DNA of 64,000 nt from Zancudomyces culisetae HAW-14-8 (Eukaryota > Fungi > Kickxellomycota), in NCBI GenBank assembly GCA_052426225.1, contig JBNJNM010000011.1:496001-560000 (forward strand). Reading direction: 5' to 3'. The notes under the pieces are model-generated. The model was not told the DNA's origin, ran no database searches, and was given only the letters and a program-made list of their open reading frames with translations. This document shows, piece after piece, positions 1 through 12,814 of the stretch. Every line of letters begins with the position of its first letter. Position 1 is the stretch's first letter. Both the position numbers and the translations under genes were made by a program.

Positions 1-3000
1 AAATAAAGAAAATCAAGACGCACAATCATGCTTTCAGTTGCAAAGCACAATCCTTGCTGGAAAGGCGTTTATGCATTTCCAACAGATCTTATATTTTAAA
101 CAGAGAAAGCCTGCTTATAAACGATATTTTACCAAAAAACAGAATAGAATTAGCATTTTTAATGGTACCACGTTTTTTTGCCGAACAAGTAGCAGGATAG
201 CAAAATATAGGATGTAGAGTGATAAAAGTTAAGATGTAAAATAATTAATAGGATACCATTCCCCAAAAATCATGCTGATGTCAAGAGATGTGTATGTTCC
301 TTGCTCACAGGTAGCGCAAAGTATTTACTGTTCTTGTGTGTTACTCGAATATACCAAAAAATGACATTCATGGAGTTTTTTTATGACTTTGTAGCAATAG
401 TCGCTGTTATTTACATCCAGTAATATTCTTAGAGCACTTGTAAGTAGAGCTGGTTGGGATGATCCAATGATTTTAGCATTTTATGCCCACAAAAGCGAAA
501 GCTTGACAAGGGTGCAACATATCTTTATAGCATTTTGTCTAAACAGAAGTTAGATTGTTTTGAAAAGTAAAACAGGTATATATGAGAGTCGTTTCTTTAA
601 CCTCAGATACCTTAGAGGAAGTAATGTTACACTGTACTTTTAGTGCTGTTGCTGGTAATACATGCAATATCAATTATGTATTTTTTTTGACCTTCTCGCT
701 TACCAAACTTACCAGCTCACTTATGAATATCAAACCACACTAAGTTCGTTTTCGCATAAAAAACTCTCGATTTAGGTGGTTGAGAATTTGCATTCTTGAA
801 TTTGCTCTTTTAAGCGGCTAAAGCATGGTCCTCCATTCATTTTACAAAATGCAGGGAATAAAACTGGAGATATGGGCGCAGAACCAAGAATTTTCGGCAT
901 GAATCGCCTGGATTTTATGGTAATACAGGGACACAAGATTTGCTAGAGTTTAAAGATCACATCATGTATGAGTACGATCAATTTCTATCAGTTTTCTCGA
1001 AATAATCAATTTGGTTAAAATTAAATAAAAATTAAATAAAAATTAAAAATTGGAGTAAAAATATTTAGTGGGATGAAAAACATCTCAATATTTGATGCAG
1101 ATATATTTGTTTTCAGGTATCCAGTATTGAGCTTAATATCAGCAAGCTGGTGAGAAAATTCAGAAAAGACCTGTTAGTCGATTAAATTGCCGATACAATT
1201 AATGCATAAATGGCTAAACAGCTTTAATGATTTATAGCAATTTAGTAGTTTAGGTGGATGGTACACTCCGCTAAAAAAAAACTCTTTGATAAGTTTATGA
1301 TATATATCTTAGTAGCAACCCCCCCAAAAAAAACTCATTGGGATATGATTTAAACATCATTTGCTTCCCAGTGTTACTATTCTTTAATTTGGGACCGTAT
1401 CAGAATGAGTGTCCCAGTAGCACTTTCATATTTAGAAAATAATAATTACGTAAAACAACAATTCCCAATCTGAGATGCTTAGGCATTTACTCGTTAAAAT
1501 GGCTAATGAAATGCTAACTAATTGGACTGATGAGGAGATAGGAATCAAGCACCCATTATTTGTTCTTCCAACATAGAGCTCTGGTTTCCATAAACCGCCG
1601 ATGTGTAGACATAGCAGCATAACTAATGCTTTTAATAGAGTTGGTCAGTTCTATATAATCCCCTCCACGAATCCAAACATCTTCAATACAATTTCTTTTT
1701 ACTCTTTTGGTTCAGAATGACAGCTGGTTTTATTCACGCAGTTGTCAGCTGTATGTCAGCTGTTTTTAACTTACAATCGTAGTGGTTTGTATAGGAAAGC
1801 CCACTACCATTTAGTTTATGACGGTTACGTAACAACAGTGGTGTATCCCACCACTTGTCATAAAGGAAGCTGCTATGCCTTATCACAGCGAAGGTTCTAA
1901 ATTAGTATTGCTCACATGTTGACACATGGAGTTTTCATATATCTCATTCAAATAATTTTTTGCTCTCAATGTTGTACTCCTTTCCAAAAGCATTCTTTTA
2001 CGAACTTTTATAAGAAGATTCTGTTATTCCCAAAAATACCAGCTTTTTACTAATTGGTTTTTTTTAATAAAAATGCTTAAAATACCGGTTTTTTGATTAT
2101 GAATGATTTATTAACTAAATGAGCTCCCTTTTTAAGAACAATACAAATGATACTGAAGTTGTTGCTCAAACATATTTTTTTTAGGAAGCTTTAATGCAGT
2201 TTGCGCCCAATTGGGTTATTTTAAATCTACACCCCAGCACTGAACCAAAGACATTTGAAAGTACAAGCATAATCAATATATCGGTTTTCGTCAAATACAA
2301 AGACAAAGACAAAAACAAACAAAAAATACAGGAATGGTAATAATAAATTAAAAAAATGGAAACAACTGCAATGAGCAAAAGTTTTAAAAGCTGAAACTAA
2401 TCAATATGAAAAGCTTTATTGAGTTCATATGTCAAAGATAACAGCATTGTAGATTATAAGCTAAACAAATATTACCTGTTTTTTGCCTTTCGATAAAAAA
2501 ATGAAAAAAAAGCTAGAAGTAATGCAATAAAAATATTTGAGGGAAGGAGAGGGAGTGGTTGTGGTTGTGGTTGTGGTTAAGATAGGTAAATATTGAATGA
2601 AACTAGACATTATTTTCTACGAACTTTATCAAACATTTCCCTTTATTCGCAGCCGTGCCCGGTATACAGGTCAATACAATCCAGGAAACATTCTAGGAAG
2701 ATAGTATGTATTCCTACAGAAAAACACAACCATCCTTCTCCAGTGGACTCCTGAACAAAATCAAAAGATTAGAGGCTTTATTGCAGCCCACCAGTTGAAA
2801 AATATACACATTGGCAAAAATAAGAAAGTTTACCCATCAGGCTTATTGCACCGTGATACCGATATATAAATGCAGTACCGTTCGATAGGCCATAATTAGA
2901 AGTACCTTTTTAGGAGAAACCAGGTACATACCTGTTTTAATATACTTAGTAAGTAATTTTCTTTCAAAAAAGTTAAAAGTTGATGTACATGTGGTTACCT

Positions 3001-3780
3001 AACCAACTGATTGGTAAACACCCAAATTTTCTTCAGCTTGACGAATTATCATTGCAGTATAAACTAACTCGCGTATATTCCAACAGTAATAATAGATTGC
3101 AGTCTTTCACTAAAAGGAAAACCTATATTAAATTAATCTTGATCTGCATTTTTCTTCAAGCTTAGTGACATATATTTATTGATTAAATTAAGGTAACGAC
3201 ACTACACAAAGCTCAATAATAATATTTAATTATTTTTCTGATTTTCTAGATGAGGGTAAAGTTAAAACCAACAATACAACAGGACTCAATTCTAAATGTT
3301 TTTGTACTTTCAAAATAGCAGCACTTAATCGATGAAATTTAATTGTAAAGTAGAAAAGTATATATACTCAAGAAAATTTCATTGCTATCCCCCCAAAAAA
3401 CCCCATATCTACATTTTCAATAGGTGTGATAGATTCATAAAGAAAGCGTAGGAAAGGATCTAATAAGTGGTGTTCTGGTTCCGTCAAGAGATAAAAAAAC
3501 AACTGTAAAAGCGTCTACGCAATTGAGCACTTGTTTTTGAAGCAAAAAAATAAACACGTATATAGGTGTAAGGTGTAGATTACATTAAAGTAGTCAAAAA
3601 CTCAACCCCCCCCTCCCCCCAACACACATACGTTGGTACACAGTTAGAACTACATCCAATATTACCACTCTTTTTATTTTTACAATATTTTTGCTAAAGG
3701 AAGGTGCAACCGATAAAACAGTATAGGTTGTATAAAGCATAGAGAGGTCTAGGGGTGTTTTATATAAAAAGAAAACAAAG

Positions 3781-5653
3781 ATGAACGGTGTGGCTAAAGA
3801 AAATCGGGAAAATGGCTATATACTAGAAAGTTTTCAGCCAGAGCAGGAGCAAAATATTTTCCCACCAATATTCGATACACAGAGATACGGCAGACCAAAC
3901 AATTCACTTTTGGTTGATAGCTGGATGTACAAGGAGAGTGATGCAATATTAAAAGTTGATGCCAACTGTCAAAGCTTCCAACCAAACAACGCACTTGAGA
4001 ATGCTCTTGCTGTGTCCGTCGTTAAAAACGTTCTCCCAGCCACATGTTTTACACAGCAATACACAAACCATATTCCAGCTAAAATAAAACAACGGTAATA
4101 CTTTTACTTTTACTTTTTATGTGTTATTTTATATGGGCATATCTGCTAACTACTTTAGCAAGGTATTTGTGCTTATTTTTATAAATGTGTTTTATGTATA
4201 CATAAAATGAGGAAAATGGTATTGAAATGAGGAAAAAATGATGAAATAGCTTTGATTGTATTTTACAAGCAAGAACTGCGGTACAGCAACAAAGAACAGG
4301 TCCTTCATTGACGTATTTAAATAGAGGTAACATTTGTGTATTTATACGGTATTTAGAACGGTGATCAGTATACTAAGGGATTACAAGTTAATATTTGGTA
4401 TAGTTGTTTTTATGATTTTCTAAAAAAATAAAGCTGACATAAATAAAATAGGTCAAACGTATCACATAACAATAAATGATAATTATGCTTGGAATGGCAA
4501 TATCGAAGTATCTGCAATTCTTACATTTCACGATGAGCAACACAGAAAAAAGGCAAAGAAAAACTGGGCTTTTTGGGTTTTTCAGCAAACAAACCCAAGT
4601 AGAGCACAGGCAGTGGAAATAGACACTACAAAATCCACCGGTCTTATTGGTAGCAAACAGAATGATAAGTTCGACAGAGTTTCAGCGGTTTTCAACGGGT
4701 GTTCTGGGGCAAAGTTGTGCCTAAAGTTTAACGTTTTATCTACTGATTTTTCCAGAACCAAGGGTATAAAGGGAATAAGCATGGGCCTCGTTCTTGAATT
4801 CAAGTTGTGTTCCCAAGAAAATCTGGTCAACGAGTATTATTATTGTCAAATAAAATTATTCAGGGACAAGGTACCTATTTTATAAATATTAATTTAAAAG
4901 AGAATGTAGATAAAGATAGTATCTATCAAGAGGGATTGGTTATTAAAATAGGGTGCTGAGAGAAAAAACAAGGATGACGAAAAACAATTGAATAAGTTAA
5001 TAAAGAAGCTGAACGGGAGGAGTGGTGGAAGGCAAAATGTAAACAAGTTTTTGAGTACATATTCAATGGTTTCAAGAGTCACACGAATGGTTCAAGTTGA
5101 TTTCAATTATGATCTGGATGGCTCTTTTGAATCTCTCTTGGTGGAGGAGTTTTCTGGGTTTCCAAACCCTTTTAACGAAAGACAATGCAGTAATCTGACT
5201 TCTACAGCACAAAACTCTTCAGGATTGTATTTGAACAACCTCGAGGGCGATTCTTCAAAAAATCTGACAACTATTAATAAAGAAATAGTTGTATCTCGAA
5301 ATGGAAAGAATCGAAAGAATACAATTATTGACGGGTTTGATCCTGGATATGTACCTAGAAAGAGAACTAAAAACTACGAGCTATGCTTGTATGTAAACTT
5401 TTATGGTAGTGATAGATACAACGCTATCTACCTAGAAAAATTGACTGTAGGCTGTTTACTAGAAAAACTGCGTTTTTATCTGACTGAAGATAGTCAACAG
5501 CAGTATATTGAGGTTTTCAGAGAAACAACAACGGGGTTACGCATTTTTCTTGATGACAAAGAAGTGCAGCGTATGGAGGACGAGCAAGGCATGTCGGCCG
5601 AGTTAGTATACTTTAATGAACAAAGCATAAAGGCCATATTATTGAGATATTAG
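3781..5653 (+). CDS. Grainyhead/CP2-family transcription factor (4 exons: 3781-4094, 4250-4326, 4452-4870, 4952-5653)
   Basis: Joining GT-AG exons gives RFDCILQARTA..SLTYLNRGQTYHI..LSTDFSRTKGIKGI..CQIKLFRDKGAERKNKDD, the CP2 DNA-binding domain motifs; the C-terminal YNAIYLEKLT..GLRIFLDD region is Grainyhead-like. Confidence 0.9.
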
Positions 5654-6148
5654 TTACACTTACTTTTGGGTTTTATGCGTACGTCTTGTTCAACTATTTC
5701 TGCGTGTATATCAATTGTTGTATATGATTTATTGTGTATTTTTTTAAAGTATTATATCCTTCATATTATAGTAAGAATAGAACCATAATTTTATAAACTT
5801 GGTTAAAAGTGATTAAAATCATATTGATACTAATAAAAAAAACTAAAACAAAAAAAATACAAGCAGGTTTGAATTTGTGACTGAGGAGCACAACGAAACA
5901 AGATTACTTAAAATTTATAATAATAATCTAAGAAGTACATCTTAAATATGATTACAGAATATTCACCTAGGTAAGAGTTTTAGCAAAAATAATCTAATTA
6001 AATGGTAAATTGAAAACAAACTCGTATTAGTAAAATATACTACTAATCCTTAAAAATTGCGTTATAAACAATTAAAAAAACTACAAGTGCTAGTAGAATA
6101 TACTTTTAAGATTATTTATATACTTTTTAACGTTTTTAAAAAAAATGT

Positions 6149-6221
6149 GGGGAACTAGCTCAAATGGTAGAGCGGGCGCTTCGCATGCGTCAGGCACCGG
6201 GATCGATGCCCGGGTTCTCCA
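6149..6221 (+). tRNA. tRNA-Ala (anticodon CGC), intronless
   Basis: Acceptor stem GGGGAAC/GTTCTCC with the G3:U70 Ala identity pair, D arm TAGCTCAAATGGTAGAGC, anticodon arm GGCGC-TTCGCAT-GCGTC, T arm CCGGG-ATCGATG-CCCGG, followed by a T5 Pol III terminator. Confidence 0.96.
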
Positions 6222-7418
6222 CTTTTTATTTTAATTTTATTATCAACCCAGAACTGTTTTTTGTTGAAATGGTCCAGCGTACATTGTTATTTCTACTGGC
6301 TATGTTTGTGGTGTAGGGAGGATATGTACCTGGTTGTACTCCGATTTGGATCGCTGGTTTGTATTTTAATGTTCTTTGAGTTTGAATTATTTCGCTCTTC
6401 AAGGGAAAACACAACAGTTTTATGAGTATACTTTAATAGGTTTTATGACCGTGTTATACAAGTCACGGTAAGCAAAAAATACAAAACATAGCTGAAAAAA
6501 CAGTACGTCATTGCTAATAGCATACTATATAATCTTGAAAATAATATTGTCAAGCTACCTGAACGTCTTTCAACGAGTTAGCAGCTGGTATGTTGTAATG
6601 GTACATGGTGGTGCTTCAACCAAGCTTTAGTAATAGGTGAAAGGTTATAGATTTTTTTTGAGGTAAGTATACCCAGATAACTAGAGGTTGAATTGGATGA
6701 ATGAATGCATCGAAATCCGCAAGATTTAAAAGCTTCCAGTTGTTGCTGTTTGCATTGGACATATCAGCTCAGTCTTTTATCTAGTTTGATAACATCGCCT
6801 GATTTTTTTTCTGGGTTTGTTTTCAGTTTATTTCCTGTACATTTTTCAAAGAATTCATTTGCCGCAAACCATTCGTTTGGGTTTTTTTATCCATTATTTA
6901 AATATCCATTATGGCATTCGCTACGCTATTGGAATTGAGATTGATTACTTTTTGTTCCAGTAATGGGCCGAGTTTTAGATAAAGCGGCAAGTGGGACACA
7001 GCCAAAGTTATAGGTGCAAGCATTTGATAACGGTAATGCTGAAAATTTTTTGTAAAAAACTGTTAAAAATTAATTTTCTTACAAGAAAACTGCAAAAACA
7101 CTGTTAAACTTTGATAAAAGGATAAAAGTTACTTTAGGTAAGTATGATTTATATGCTAGGAAACACCTATTGCATCTCTAATTCAGTAGAGGTATTAAGA
7201 GAGTCGAGATTACACTAGGAGAATTTCTGGAAAAATCTTCCCTACCCTTCCTTATCGTTGAACTGGTTTTAAAATTAGTTTAATTTAAGTTTTGGATGCT
7301 AGATTTTTGATGAATGCGACTAACAAAATACTATTTATATAATTTTTTTTTGTGATTAGTGCTTTATCGATACGAAATATTAAAGGAAAGCAACGAAAAC
7401 CAGTAAAGAATATTAAAG

Positions 7419-7897
7419 ATGAATTTCATGCCAATCAGGAGAGTTGCTGCAGCTTCATTCCGTGGAACCTCAAAGAGACTTTACTCTTCAGCCCTGTCTA
7501 AAGCAGAAATCGAAGCCACTAAGGCCGAAGCATCAGGTAAGATTGCTCTTAATATTGTAAGGATATAGGAACAGGATTTCAAATATGACCAAATGCTACC
7601 TTTGGTCCAAGCAATTAATCGTACATGTGCTCTATTGATGTTATAATATACCTAAAAATATTCATAGTCGGTTCTGACACATGGAAGAAAATTTCAATCT
7701 ATTTGACAATCCCACTATGCATGACATTCGGCGTCGTACTTATGAAGGATGAAATGGAACACATACACCATCTTGGAGAGCACCCAGCTGTGCATGAACC
7801 ATTTGAATACCTTCGTGTACACCGCAAGGATTTCCCATTTGGAGATGGAAAACGTACACTGTTCTTCAACCCCTTGGTTAACGAAGTTAGAGAATAA
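7419..7897 (+). CDS. COX13: Cytochrome c oxidase subunit 6A (Cox13), 2 exons: 7419-7536, 7668-7897
   Basis: Mitochondrial presequence MNFMPIRRVAAASFRG; TWKKISIY, one TM helix, then YLRVHRKDFPFGDGKRTLFFNPLVN, the COX6A signature. Confidence 0.93.
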
Positions 7898-8682
7898 ATC
7901 TGATGGCATTTTCCCAGGAAAATTTGGAGGCTTCAATTATGTGGTAAATTAAATGGAAAGAATACGTGCATACTGCTGATAATTGACCAGGAATGCGTTT
8001 ATAATGTAATTGGTTGTTAGCACTGGCTTTCATTTTTATTACATATCTACATAGTATCTGTTTTGATTACTTTAGTATCATTAGCTTTTGACTATTCGCT
8101 GCGTAAATGAAGATTCTCAATATAACTTTTTGTGGTTGAAAAAATCAATGATAAACCATGATTAAACCAAGTTATGATGTCAAAAAAGAAGGTTGAAAAT
8201 AGAGGGTTAGGTAAGATGTGCGTCATAAACAAAGGGATGTACGCATTTCCATGCGAAGAATTGGTCAGATGAAAATATTTAGTTCACTTGTAGCTAAATT
8301 TACTCATACCAAGCGAAGTTCATTTACAACAATACATTTTGCTGAAAATTGACAGAACATTAGTGCAATCCTGTAGAGAGCAGCCCAAGTCAAAGTTTTG
8401 AGCTTGATTTACGTTTTGCCCCCCAGTAATCCCCTTCCCGTTCTCCTTCCCGTTTCCCTCCCCCAAAACTTTTACACATACCTGCCTTAAAGTTATAGGT
8501 AAATTGGTGAAATTTAAAGAATTTTTTTTGTACAAAATACGGCTAAAATCGAATTTGCTATTAAAATTGTAATTTAGCCCTTCCACACTAGAATTTCAAA
8601 TTACATAGAGGAATTTAACAGCGAGAAGGATAGTAGTGTTACCGATTGAAACAATTTCAATGTAGAGGGTGGGTAAACAACA

Positions 8683-10572
8683 ATGGAAGTGGAAAATATG
8701 AGAAAAGTGGTAGAATTGAAACCCAGAGAAGAATGTGTAGTGGTGTATTGGCAGGATTTTGCAGATGAGTTTGAAAGAAAAGGAGGAGCTGAAGGGAGGA
8801 AAGAAAAAGATAAAGAAAGGGAAATCGAAAGGAAAAAGCTAATAGAGAAAGCGGGCTTGGATGGGATGGAGGAAGAAGAGGGTGAAGGTGAAGAGTTGGG
8901 TGAAGATAGCGACGAGGAAGAGGAAGAGGAAGAGACCATGGTGACAGAGAAAAAAAAGAAAAAGGGGGCAAAAGGGGGGGAGGAAAAGATGATGGGGTTG
9001 GATGAAATGCCGGAAAGCATAGTTAGCGATCCATTTTTTGCGAGGCTGTTGAAAAATGCGGAAAATTATGGAAAACCGGAGAAGGGAAAACGAGGAATAA
9101 AGAGAGGAATGGGTGGTGGAGGGGGTAATGGTGAGAATGAGTATGATTTTAACGATCCTTTTATAGATGATAGTGAATTAACCTATATGGATGGGCATCA
9201 CCATTCGTACTTGGGCAGAGACAAGATTGGCAAAAAGAAAAGGCTAATGGTAATTGGAATGAAAGGGAAAAGTGATGACGGAGGGGAGAACGCGGAGGGA
9301 GGAAAAGAAGGTACGATGGAGGGAGACATCGAGGAGGGAGAAGGTGAAGGGAAAACAGTATTGGATTTAGGGGAAATGGATAGAGCCAACAAAGAAGATT
9401 TCTTTGTATATTATGGTGCTTTGGAAAGCGATGAAGAAAAAAAGGAATGTAGCAACGAGGAGGATACATTAAAGGGGAGGGAAAATGGAAAGGAGAGAAG
9501 AAAGAAAGAGGAGGAGGGAGAGAGGGAAAAGGAAAAGGGAAGAGGAAAAGAGGAAAATAGAAATTTAGAGGAATTAGAGGAGATAAGAGAGAAGGAAAAA
9601 ACCAGCAAAACGGCTTATATGAGCAGTAGCATTAGTCTAAGTAGTAGTATTGCGATTGGGGCGGTTGGTGGCATGCAGCAGATGCAAAATCTTCGAGCTT
9701 CTGAGCGGTTAGAGCAGGCGCTACGCGACCTGGAGGTACAGGTGGTTCCAGGGGTGATTACAGATAAGAGGCATTTTCCGTTTGCTTTGAAGGAGCCGTT
9801 GAAGCGGGTGTGTGTTTGTGCAATGGAACAAACATTAGACTATGAAAAGTGCCTATTAGAAAAGTATCCACTCCCTGAAAGATTTCGTGACAAAGAGTAC
9901 TATAAAATTCATGGAGAAACCATTGCATCGGGTGGAAATCAAGTTCAACATGACAATGCGATTTTACAGTGGGAGCCAAGTATTGATTTGGTTGATGTAT
10001 GCAACGTTTACGAACAACTCTCGCGCTTTATGCCCTGGAACAAGTCAACGATGCGCAAAATCGTTGCCAAGCTGTTGGTAAAGGATACACATGCATGGAA
10101 AATGAAGCAAGTTCTTCTCATTGAGCATTGTATGCGCCGTAAAATCAAAGAGTCTATCCTTGCTTCCACTTCTTTTGTCTGGACTACGCCTCTTCGCCAT
10201 CTATTGCATCAGTATATGCGCGTCTATCTTGAAATGCATGGTTTGGTTGTGAACCCCATTGCAAACGAGCAGCCTACCGGTGAAGAACGTGCAAAACTGT
10301 TAAAATGTCGTCGTGATGCCTACCTACGCCTAGTTGAGTTGTGGCCTAAGGACACGATGAATATCAGTATAATCAGTCGTATTTATAGCATTAGAAAGAG
10401 CCTGGTTGCAACCAGAATTCGCCGTACTCTAGGATCGTCTACTCCTGCCGCTATCACTGGCCCCATTCCTCAAAAGCCCACTGCTGTAAACTCTACTTCT
10501 GGCTCTGGTAGTGATGGTGTATCTGGTAAACTCGTTCCTCCAAAACTAGTTAATTTAGTTGATAAAACCTGA
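8683..10572 (+). CDS. Ubinuclein/Hpc2-like HIR histone-chaperone complex subunit
   Basis: 629-aa ORF with the HRD/HUN motif EYDFNDPFIDDSE and a downstream FFVYYG motif; E/K/G-rich N-half and a helical C-half resembling the ubinuclein middle domain. Confidence 0.75.
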   Translation: MEVENMRKVVELKPREECVVVYWQDFADEFERKGGAEGRKEKDKEREIERKKLIEKAGLDGMEEEEGEGEELGEDSDEEEEEEETMVTEKKKKKGAKGGEEKMMGLDEMPESIVSDPFFARLLKNAENYGKPEKGKRGIKRGMGGGGGNGENEYDFNDPFIDDSELTYMDGHHHSYLGRDKIGKKKRLMVIGMKGKSDDGGENAEGGKEGTMEGDIEEGEGEGKTVLDLGEMDRANKEDFFVYYGALESDEEKKECSNEEDTLKGRENGKERRKKEEEGEREKEKGRGKEENRNLEELEEIREKEKTSKTAYMSSSISLSSSIAIGAVGGMQQMQNLRASERLEQALRDLEVQVVPGVITDKRHFPFALKEPLKRVCVCAMEQTLDYEKCLLEKYPLPERFRDKEYYKIHGETIASGGNQVQHDNAILQWEPSIDLVDVCNVYEQLSRFMPWNKSTMRKIVAKLLVKDTHAWKMKQVLLIEHCMRRKIKESILASTSFVWTTPLRHLLHQYMRVYLEMHGLVVNPIANEQPTGEERAKLLKCRRDAYLRLVELWPKDTMNISIISRIYSIRKSLVATRIRRTLGSSTPAAITGPIPQKPTAVNSTSGSGSDGVSGKLVPPKLVNLVDKT

Positions 10573-10937
10573 TTGGATTAAGATTTTCTACTTTTTATTG
10601 GTTGCTTGTATTTTACCTTTTTTCTATCTCAAAAAATTTTTTTTTTTTACCTTTGCTCTTAGTTTCCACCAAATTGATTTTTCGTGTACAGAATAAAAAA
10701 AAAATTTTTTTTTTTTTACATTTTTTTGAATCTCATAGGTGGAAACATGCCCTTCAAGAGCTCCCCTTTTCTTTTTACTTTTTTTTTTCTTTTTTTTTTT
10801 TTTTTCGAACAAATTTGGAAAACAAATGATATATCTAATTCCCATAATTAATGGTACCAAAGTTAGTATATTTGACATAAGAGACCCAAACCCAATTCGG
10901 CTACATTTGACGGAGAAAAACCAATAGTACTAAAAAA

Positions 10938-11828
10938 ATGGATCCAAGACAACTAGCGGCATATCAAAATGAACGATTGTACCCACAAGTTCTTCCAACA
11001 AAGCAGAATATTCAGGGAATGGCCGCGGCGGCGGTAGTGGCAGCAGCAGCGGCCGCCCAGAAACACCAACAAAACAACATTGTCATAAACAATGGCAACC
11101 CTAGTACTATTAATAACAATGTATCCGTACCGTCTATTCAGCAAATCCCAACCGCAAACAGTTTATCAAGTACCTCTGCTCTAGCTGCCGCTGCTGCTGC
11201 TGTAGCTAATATGCAAGGTGTTCATCAGATACGAAGAGGAAGACCTAGGGAAAGTCGCAACGAAACCCAAAATTCAAATAGCGCTATCAGTACAAACTCT
11301 GATGGTAATAATAAAGGGCATTCCCACAACCATAGCCATAGCATCAGCAATATTTCAAATACACCATTAATTGAGATTAGCAACCTTTTGTCTTCCCAAA
11401 AGTATCTTGTATCAAATAGCATTAGTAATAACAGAAACGGATCCAAAAAAACCAACAATCTTAAGGTCAAAACCGGAGATATCAATACGGATAATATCAA
11501 TGACAACGATGGCGCATCGCTGAATCTTTTGGTCAAAGAATCTCCATCTGGTAAACGTGAGTATATTTGCACATTCCCGAATTGCTCAAAATCCTTTGCC
11601 CAAAAGGCACACCTCGTCGTTCACAATCGTTCACATATCGGATACCGACCGTACCGCTGCCAAGTCGCTGGCTGTGATCGTGCCTTCAGTCAGCTCGGAA
11701 ACCTAAAAACCCATCTTCGCAAACACACAGGCGAAAAACCTTACAAGTGCCCCTACTTGAATTGCGGACGCTATTTTTCGCAGGCCGGAAATCTAAAAAC
11801 GCATATTAGGAAGATTCATGAAAAGTGA
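10938..11828 (+). CDS. C2H2 zinc-finger transcription factor (3 fingers, Asn-rich, Azf1-like)
   Basis: Three CxxxxC..HxxxH fingers with a TGEKPY linker and FSQLGNLKTH; N/Q/A-rich N-terminus with an RRGRPR AT-hook-like motif. Confidence 0.9.
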   Translation: MDPRQLAAYQNERLYPQVLPTKQNIQGMAAAAVVAAAAAAQKHQQNNIVINNGNPSTINNNVSVPSIQQIPTANSLSSTSALAAAAAAVANMQGVHQIRRGRPRESRNETQNSNSAISTNSDGNNKGHSHNHSHSISNISNTPLIEISNLLSSQKYLVSNSISNNRNGSKKTNNLKVKTGDINTDNINDNDGASLNLLVKESPSGKREYICTFPNCSKSFAQKAHLVVHNRSHIGYRPYRCQVAGCDRAFSQLGNLKTHLRKHTGEKPYKCPYLNCGRYFSQAGNLKTHIRKIHEK

Positions 11829-12224
11829 TGGTTGTTGGGCGGGTATATGAGTGCACTCCTTTTGCTTGTCCACATTCTTTTATTTTCATCCTTCTCTCTC
11901 TTTCTCTCACTCTCCCTTTTTTTTTTGTTTAGCATTGTACTAACGACTTGTAAAAAAACCGTAAATTTTGTTAATAAAAACGCAATTATAATTTTGCTTA
12001 TTCAATGCAAGTAGATTTTTATCTATCAGTAATTTTCAAAAGCTTCAAAAAAAAAATTTTTAATTACACATTTTTTTAATCAAACTATAACTATTAACAT
12101 TGATTTTTTAGTTCGTATACAAATAAGACCAAGTACAGATTACTTGAAAACGCTTCATAACTAAATACAGGGGTGAAATAGCTAAAACTTTTCAGCAAAA
12201 AGCAAATAATATATAGTAAATAAC

Positions 12225-12707
12225 ATGCCTCTATACGAATTCCTAACAATTACGAAGGCTGGAATACCAAAGGTAGGTGTGGACAGCTTTTTATTTAGAT
12301 CTTGCTCTATTTGTAACCCACAAAACTTGTTCTCTGAAAAGTAATTGCGATAAAAAGAAAACACACCTATGAACATCAATAACGATCCTTTTAAATTTGT
12401 ATAGGTGGTATTTGAAGACATGTTGAGAACGACAATTAAAAGTATTCTTGATAAGGGTGGAGCAGTACGATCAATCAAGCCGTTTAAATCTCAAGTCGAA
12501 TTACCTTACAAAATGAAGAAAAACAAGGAGTGGCATACGCATGGTAGATTCTGGCTCATGCATTTCTACGCTTCGCCACAAGTACTTTCCCTAATTTCCC
12601 GAGAGCTTAAAAATGATCCAACAACAATCCGCGTAAACATGGTTAACGTTTCTAGAGAATCTTCGCTCAAGAACCTGTTGGGCGTCCCAGATAAAACAAT
12701 TTTGTAA
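12225..12707 (+). CDS. MRP17: Mitochondrial ribosomal protein bS6m (Mrp17), 2 exons: 12225-12272, 12405-12707
   Basis: MPLYEFLTI N-terminus, GGAVRSI, LPYKMKK..HTHGRFWLMHF..DPTTIR match the S6 family; GTAGGT...ATAG intron keeps frame. Confidence 0.85.
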
Positions 12708-12814
12708 TATTTATTAAACCACCATGTTTTTTTTTCTCTGTCATGCTTTTAGAAACAATATCATAAACCATATAACTTGAAATTAAACCAAAAATTTAAC
12801 CAAAACTAATGTTA

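Noticed and set aside
8601-9608. Ser/Phe/Pro-rich minus-strand ORFs
   Set aside because: Antisense shadows of the purine-rich Hpc2/ubinuclein coding strand; the same applies to shadows over PRP3, SUN and the permease.
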